DNA of 64,000 nucleotides from the human T2T-CHM13v2.0 reference genome, Homo sapiens. This document shows, in pieces, positions 57,093-64,000 of the stretch. The position numbers and the translations under genes were made by a program. How positions within the stretch are numbered: position 1 is the first letter of the stretch; each line of letters starts with the position of its first letter. The notes beneath the pieces were generated by a model. The model worked only from the letters and a program-made list of their open reading frames with translations, had not been told where the DNA came from and searched no databases. The DNA lies in assembly GCF_009914755.1 (NCBI RefSeq), contig NC_060938.1; one strand, given 5' to 3'.

Positions 57093-58313
57093 CCAAGGGA
57101 GGCAGGTCCCAAGAGAACCATTCTTTTGTAGGTGCCAACAAAAAGGGGAAATGTGATTCCACTCTCTGGTTTAATGTCTACATTAGTCAGTGGATCTGCT
57201 CACCTGCCCCTGTGATCCAGGTGGAGGGGAATGAATTAAGAAGACAAGGAATGATGGAGGGTGGTAAGACAGAGAGAGGCCACTTCCTTTCTTTGCATCC
57301 CTTCCATAGTTCCAGATCCCAAGAAGTACAGAAAAGGATCCCACAGGTACTTGTAAGTCTGTGAGTCTGTGGCCTACAGTCTCTAGCTGGGGATTGCTGT
57401 AGCAGGGGTCAAGGAGGCAAGCACACTGAAGCAGTGGGGGAATATGCGGACCGAGGGTCTTCATTTGGAGTCAAATCTCACAACATATTACCAACATCTG
57501 GGGAAGCTGCTTGGGGAGGCTGCCATCAGAGGGGCATGCTAGAGCCATCGCTTGTCTACATTGAACCCTCAGACAACAACGGTGTCAACCACCCATGAGA
57601 GCTACGTAAAGACAAGTCAAATAAGGAGCTGGGTCTTTCTTGTTCCTTTTCCTTCTCCAGCTCAGCATCAGAGAAGCAGGTGCATGGAGGGAGGAAGAAG
57701 GGGTTATATGAAAGCAGATCATGCCCCCTCAAATGCCAGCCCTGGTGCCCACTGGTCTAGCCAATGCTGGGAGGAGTGGGGGAGAAGAGCTTTGGATCTG
57801 AAAAAAAATTAAAGTTTAAATAAACAGAGCTGAGTCTTAAAAACTGAAAGTGACTTTTAATTACTGAAAATGACAAAAAGCTAAAGAATCAGGCTGAAGT
57901 GTTATAAAGAGCCCCTGTCACCCAGTGAGGAGGGGACTGTGTTAGAGCAGCGTTGAAAATAGTGGTTGGGAAAAATAAGTGTTCTTTGTTTTTACCCGCA
58001 AATGAATTGAGACTCCTTCCTCAATGAACCAAATTTGTCCTTTAGTCAAAATCACACCAGTGAAGCAGCCTATGCCAATTTGAACAGATCCTTGTCTACT
58101 CCCTCTTTCCTCCATCTGGAAACAGGGATACCACTATACTAAGCAAGTGATTCCCAAAGCTAAGACTTCTAAGTACCACCTACATGGCTTTTGCCATATT
58201 GTTATACCACCTGTACTATTATTTACTTTATAGTTTTCCCTTGAATTTACTCACTTTAAAAATTAACCATATTTTTAAAAGAAACTGGCTCAATTATAAT
58301 TGGAAGAACAGTA

Positions 58314-58848
58314 CAGTATTCCCTTCTTAGCCATGAAAAATGCATTCCAAGATCCCCAATGGATGCCTGGAAACATGGATAGTACGAAACCCTAAACACA
58401 CACTGTCTTTTCCCATACGTACTACCTACGATGAAGCTTAATTTATACATTAGACACAGGAATAGATTAACAACAATAACAATAAAATAGGACAACCCTA
58501 ACAATATACAGTAACAAAAGTTATATGAATTTAGGTTCTCTCTCTCTCTGTAAACATCTCATTGTACTGTACTCACTCTTCTTGTGATGATGTGAGATGA
58601 TCATTGAGAGGGCTACTAAGTGACTCATTAGTGGGAAGTGGAGACAGCGTGGAGACACTGGACAAAGGGAGGATTCACATCCCACATGGGACAAAGCAGG
58701 ACAGTGCAAGGTTTCATCATGCTATTCAGAATAGCACACAATTTATAACTTAGAAAGTGTTTATTTCCAGAATTTTCCACTTAATATTGTTGAAGCATGG
58801 TCGACCATGGGTAACTGAAATCTTGAAAACCAAGCCCAATTACTACTG
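58314..58848 (-). mobile_element. MER44B-like (Tigger7), apparently nested in a hAT-Charlie-like element (~58140-59220)
   Basis: TA-flanked cagta...tactg; ttccaagatccccaatggatgcctgg; ctggacaaagggaggattcacatccc. Confidence 0.8.
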
Positions 58849-59340
58849 TAGAAATTGCCATAAATGAGCACAACAAAGATGATACTCTCAAATCTTATCT
58901 AAATACTGTGGCCTGAGCCCAAGCTTTGATCTTTGTTAGAAAGGGAGATTAGCAAGGGTGAGAGGTGCTAAAGACACACTAGTAACAAACAGAGACTTTC
59001 TCCTTGATGTAATTAGGGTTGAAAGAATTGCAAAGTGAATGACTTTCTTATGGGGTAATTCAAAGTTTTTTAATGCTGTGACTGAGCAATAATGTATGAA
59101 ATTAAAAAACCTCACCTGAGAGGAAGCATGTTCTGCTATATAATGATGCCAGCAGTACATACCTGCCTCCAACATCTTGCTAAGCAGCTTTTATAACTAC
59201 CAGGGAACTTACACTGAAAGGTGATGTGCTAAAAGATAAGTCTTAGAATCTGAGGGCATGAAGTGCTATGGGTACATATTAAATGCTCTGACAGGTACGA
59301 TTCTTTCATTGCAAGCAACAGAAAAGAATTTGTTGGCTTA

Positions 59341-59728
59341 TGATATGGTCTGGCTCTGTGTCCCCACCCAAATCTCATCTTGAATTGTAACCCAAATTGT
59401 AATCCCCACGTGTTGGGGAAGGGACCTCGTGGGAGGTGACTGACTTGACCAGGGAAGTTCCTTTGTGCTGTTCTCATGATAGTGAGATCTCGTGAGATCT
59501 GATGGTTTTGTAATAGGCCTTTCCCCCCTTCACTCTGCACTTCTCTAATTCTTCTCCTTCCTGTCTCCATGTGAAGAAGGACGTGTTTGCTTCCTCTTCA
59601 TCTGTAATTGTAACTTTCCTGAGGCCTCCCCAGCCATGCTGAACTGTAAGTCAATTAAACCCCTTCCCTTTATAAATTGCTCAGTCTCAGGTATGTCTTT
59701 ATTAGCAGCGTGAGAACAAACTAATACA
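59341..59728 (+). mobile_element. THE1C/D solo LTR inserted in an older MLT1 LTR
   Basis: tgatatgg...aactaataca with perfect 5-bp TSD gctta. Confidence 0.9.
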
Positions 59729-60243
59729 GCTTATATAACTGGTAGGGCCAGAGGCAGAGCTCACTTCAACCAGAGTTGTATTTGGATGATAAAATAGTCT
59801 CTTCAGGAGGTGTTCTGAGTCTCTTTGTCTCTCTCTTCCAGCTTAGCAGATGCAGCAGAAAAAGTCAATACTAGAATCTCTAGCAGCTATGTCCCAGGGA
59901 GGTTGCCGATAGGATGGTGTGCTGACCAGGGCCCCACACCCACCTGGAATGAATGCCTGAAGCCAGCTTGCCTGGGAGTGTTCTCCTGGATCCCATTCCC
60001 ATTTCCTGTGATAATAGAGAGCTAGAAGAAAAGAAGGGACTGGGAAGGAGGGAAGATCAAGACCTAGGATGAATTTCCCACAGGAAGACAAGGGAAAAGG
60101 TGCTAGGCAGTCAAAAACAAGTGTTCACAACAAATGCCTTCTCTGCACCAGGCATAGCCAATATGAAAATAACCTAAAAGGTCACTTAATGATATTTTAA
60201 ATTACAAAGAGTAAATGTGTGTTTAATGGTCCCTGTTGCCTGG

Positions 60244-60712
60244 GCAGCAGACACCGCTGATGCTCAGCCCACATCTCCTCAGCCCTTACCACTTTATTGG
60301 ATGCCAATCCCAACTTCAACAGCCAGTGTGTGCACCTTACTGCTTACAGCTTTCTCTGAACATGGAAACTTACTTACATGCCAATAGGGCAAGTCAGAAG
60401 GCCAGGGAATTAGCCACCTAAGGCCCTTACAGCCCTTAGACAAGTACAGTTGTTAGATGGTGGATCAATGCCCTAGCTTCCCCACCCCTGGGGTAGGATA
60501 ACTGCTGAGTTCTGTACTGTTTCCCAGCTCCTTCCTGGTGGGATTGAGTTCCAGTTACCCACAGTGGTAACTTGCTTGATAGCATTCCTTTTTTGGCTTC
60601 CTTCTCTTCTCTCTCTCACTTCCATGTCCCCCTTCTAGTGTTTATTTGGACCATCTCCTAAATAAACTACTTGTACTTGAATTCTTGTTCCAGAGGAACC
60701 CAAACTATGACA
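60244..60712 (+). mobile_element. ERVL solo LTR (LTR16-like)
   Basis: gggattgagttccagttacccacagtggtaacttgc; aataaactacttgtac...ggaacccaaactatgaca. Confidence 0.7.
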
Positions 60713-63340
60713 GCCAAAAGTAGTGGTAAGTTATTTAAATGTATTACCTCCTGTCATTCTCTTAACAATCACATGAATTGTACACTATTATTATGCTATT
60801 TTGCAGATAAAGAAATGAGGCCCTTAGTAAAGGCCACACTGCTGGGGAAAAGCACAGCTAGAATTCAAAGCAGGTTGACTCCAACACACACTTAACAATG
60901 GCTGCTGTGCTTCCTGACACTTTACAATATCCCTATAGACCCCCAGCTTCCAGTGATTCTATTCAAAGCAGGTAAATCCCAGAGCATCACTGAAGGGGAT
61001 GTAAATGAACTGGAGAAAGTACTGTTGTTCCGTAGAATCCCAGGGGGAAACGTGACCCAAGTAGCCTTGCACGTAGTAGGTGCCCCTTAATATTTATTGA
61101 AATAACATGTGGCAGTATTTACTTTACAAAACATCATTAGTGTTATTCTTTATGCTATCCTTGAAAAAGGGAAGCTTTCTGAGGGATAATTCTCCAGTAA
61201 AATGTTTCTAAATCAATACAAATGACAGTCCCCCTGGATTACGATAAAGTAATCATCTCCAGAGTAGAAGAAAATTGGACTCAACCGTGTTCAGAATAAT
61301 ACATGTTGCTCTTTTACAAAAAAAATGTATAACTTCAAAATATACATATTCTTACTTATCTAGGACAGCTTAGGTACAGGTTTGCCTAAGACCAAAGACT
61401 GAAGCAAATTCTCATTGATCTTTTCCATTTTATACATCCCCAATTGCATATGAAAATCATTTTTCTATTATTTTAGGTAGCACATGCATAAGAGAGTGAA
61501 CACGCCTAAGGACAAGTCACTGAAATAATTGTCTTCCTGCCTATTTCCTGATTTAGTGGAATGAGCACGAAATCAAGAGTCATAAAGACCAATTGTGTGG
61601 GCTAATTACTTATCTTTTCTGGGCTCCATAGCTTTTTCTGCAAAATTAGAACTTTTGCTTAGCAATCACCAGCATCCTCCTAGCCCCTAAATTTTCTGAC
61701 AAACAAGGGAAAATATTTGCTTACCTCCAGCCTTGTGTACAAACTGAATTAAAGAGTGTCGGAACATCACTTCTTCTACCTTGTTCAGATATTGTACAGA
61801 AACATTCACTCTGCATCTTATAAATAACACAGAGGAAGTCTTTCTGTACCCAGATCACCACCAAACTTTCTATCTTGACTGTGCTTTCACTGTGGGAAAT
61901 ATTAATAGCTCCTGTGTTCATTGTGACCTCAATGTTATCATAATCTCAGGTTGCCTATAGGTATAAACTTCAGTGAATACTTAACGTTACAGAACGATAG
62001 GCTGTTTTCATAACACATTTTCACACTGTTGGATAATTTAGATTTTGTTTAAAAACATAATGAACACTAAGAAGTTGTTTGCAGACAAGGAAATGGAAGA
62101 CTTCAAAGAGGATAAGAGAAATCTCACATTTAATTCAATTAAGTCAGAGAATGAACATGTCTAAGGATGTCAAGAACCACCCTCCCACCTCCATTTTCTA
62201 AGATTACTTACTCAAATATTCTAAAGAAATAATTAATTTAGTCTAAATTAAATCTAAGTTTCTAATAGTGTTCTTCAAATACTTCAAACTACTAGGTAGA
62301 ACCAAGTGATATTGTCTAATTGACAATTTTTTATTTATAAAACAGCAATTTCATGTCATTCAATCTAATAATTTAGAGTGTTTCTGTATATTGCAGGCAG
62401 ACATCTAACAAGACAAAGAACTAAAGTGTGACTGGAGTGGAGACTGAAATCCCTTAGAAAGACTAGGCAAAGTATCAATAAAGAATGGTTTTCATTGGTA
62501 GCTTACATAAATCATGGCTTTTAAAAATTGATTTGTGCGTGGCAGTTTGTGAATAGTAGATGCACTTATAAGAGCTTTTCAAAAATTCTTTAACTGTTAA
62601 AACTTCAGATTCTATTTTTTTAAGTGGAAAAGATATTATCAGGATAGATGAACAGATTGGTTAAGCTTTTTGTTTTGCTTTGTTTTTCATGGTGAAGCCA
62701 CTTGTAAACAGAGAATGCATTCGGTGGAGATTATCAAAGCTTTAGGGTGAGCATCCTCCCAAATGTACTGTTGTGGAGATTGATTGACAGTGGAAGAATA
62801 GATGGAATGCTCTTCTTAAGCTATGGGGACAGGTTACCTAGTAACCACTGAATGATTAAGTTCTGTTCACAGAGACTTGTTCTGTTAATTGGACGAAAAG
62901 ATTTAAAGAGCGCAGCTGGGGAGAAATGGAAAGATGGAGGACCGTGGCCATTATTAGTGGACCTGACCAGCAGCCTTAGCCAAATTGTCACAATATGAGT
63001 GAATCTTCTGTTAGTACAAAGAAGTCAGTGAAGCTACCTACAGAGTCACAATTTTGTGCACTTTTTAACTGTAGGAAAAATGAAAATAAGGTGTGGAATT
63101 ACACATATTAAAAAGTGCAGTGAAAACTGTGCGGTGTTATAGTTCTGAGAATGATCATTTTCTGTGGACAAGATTATATTTGTGTTCAGATATCAGAGTT
63201 CTATTATTTAAGAGAACTCAAAATAGGCACTTGGGGTCAGTATATCCTATCACAACTCTCTTCGGTCTAATACCATCAGGCACATACTGCTTTATAGAGA
63301 ATTGTGGTCACCTCTGTTCTCTCCTGCTTTTAACAATAAA

Positions 63341-63453
63341 ATTAAGAAAAGTCAAGGTATAGATTGGTAATAATGACATTTTTCATTCATTAAGGATTAA
63401 GAAAAAGCAAGGTATAGTTTGGTAATAATGACATTTTTTATTCATTAAGGATT
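63341..63453. repeat. 55-bp tandem duplication (x2)
   Basis: attaagaaaa..caaggtatag.ttggtaataatgacattttt.attcattaagg occurs twice. Confidence 0.92.
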
Positions 63454-63514
63454 TTTAGATGATAGAGTACTTTTTGCCTATGCTCAAAAAAGAACTCAGT
63501 ATTTATATTTTAGA

Positions 63515-64000
63515 AAGGAAAAAGTATCTAAGACAAGTCTCAATCAATTTAGAGATTTATTTTGCCAAGGTTAAGGGTCATGACCTATGACACAGCCTCA
63601 GGAGGTCCTAAGGACATGTGCCCAAGGTGGCTGGGTTATAGCTTGATTTTATGCATTTTAGGGAGACAGAAGTTACAGGTAAAGACATAAATCAATACAT
63701 GTAAGGTATATATTGGTGTAGCCAGGAAAGGTGGGACATCTTGAAGGTGGGGGTTAGGCTTCTAAGTCATAGGTGGATTTAAAATTTTCCTGATTGGCAA
63801 TTGGTTGAAAGGGGTAAGCTCTGCCTGAAGAGTTGAAATCAGCTTGAGTGAAGGTAACTGGGGAGGGGTGGGTTGTGGAAACCAAGGTTTTTGTCATGTA
63901 GATGAAGCCTCCAAGTAGGAGAATTCAGAGACAATAGATGTGAATGTTTCCTATGGAACTTTAAAGGTCGGTCAGACTATTCAGAAAGACCTAGTAAAGG
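63515..64000 (-). mobile_element. ERV1 LTR (MER4-family), cut by the window end
   Basis: gtctcaatcaatttagagatttattttgccaaggtt; gacacagcctcaggaggtcct...catgtgcccaaggtgg. Confidence 0.82.

Overview
Primate genomic DNA, almost certainly human, carrying the 5' end of KCNK10 (TREK-2/K2P10.1, a two-pore K+ channel; chr14q31 from recall) on the minus strand. Two alternative first coding exons are recognisable. One encodes MKFPIETPRKQVNWDPK (21723-21774) and the other MFFLYTDFFLSL (25386-25422). Each lies in CpG-rich DNA and ends in a phase-1 splice donor. Positions 1-21722 are first-intron sequence, and exon 2 and the remaining known first exon lie left of the window. Positions ~26-64 kb are upstream intergenic DNA dense in Alu, L1, L2, MIR, MaLR/ERV LTR and Tigger elements; I recognised no other protein-coding gene. 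The best lead is a third donor inside the CpG island (...GAGCCA|GTAAGT at 22623). Splicing it to exon 2 would assemble a split A|TG start codon in a strong Kozak context, mirroring the paralogue KCNK2 and predicting an extra TREK-2 N-terminal isoform. Other leads: an overlapping strong-Kozak uORF in exon 1a; a 420-bp AT-rich minisatellite with dyad symmetry every 12 bp; a tailless U2 retrocopy inserted at a hairpin; a multi-step template-switch scar in an LTR; a one-LTR THE1 with both target-site copies intact; and three Alus stacked at one target site. Repeat subfamily names come from recalled consensus sequences, and their boundaries are approximate.
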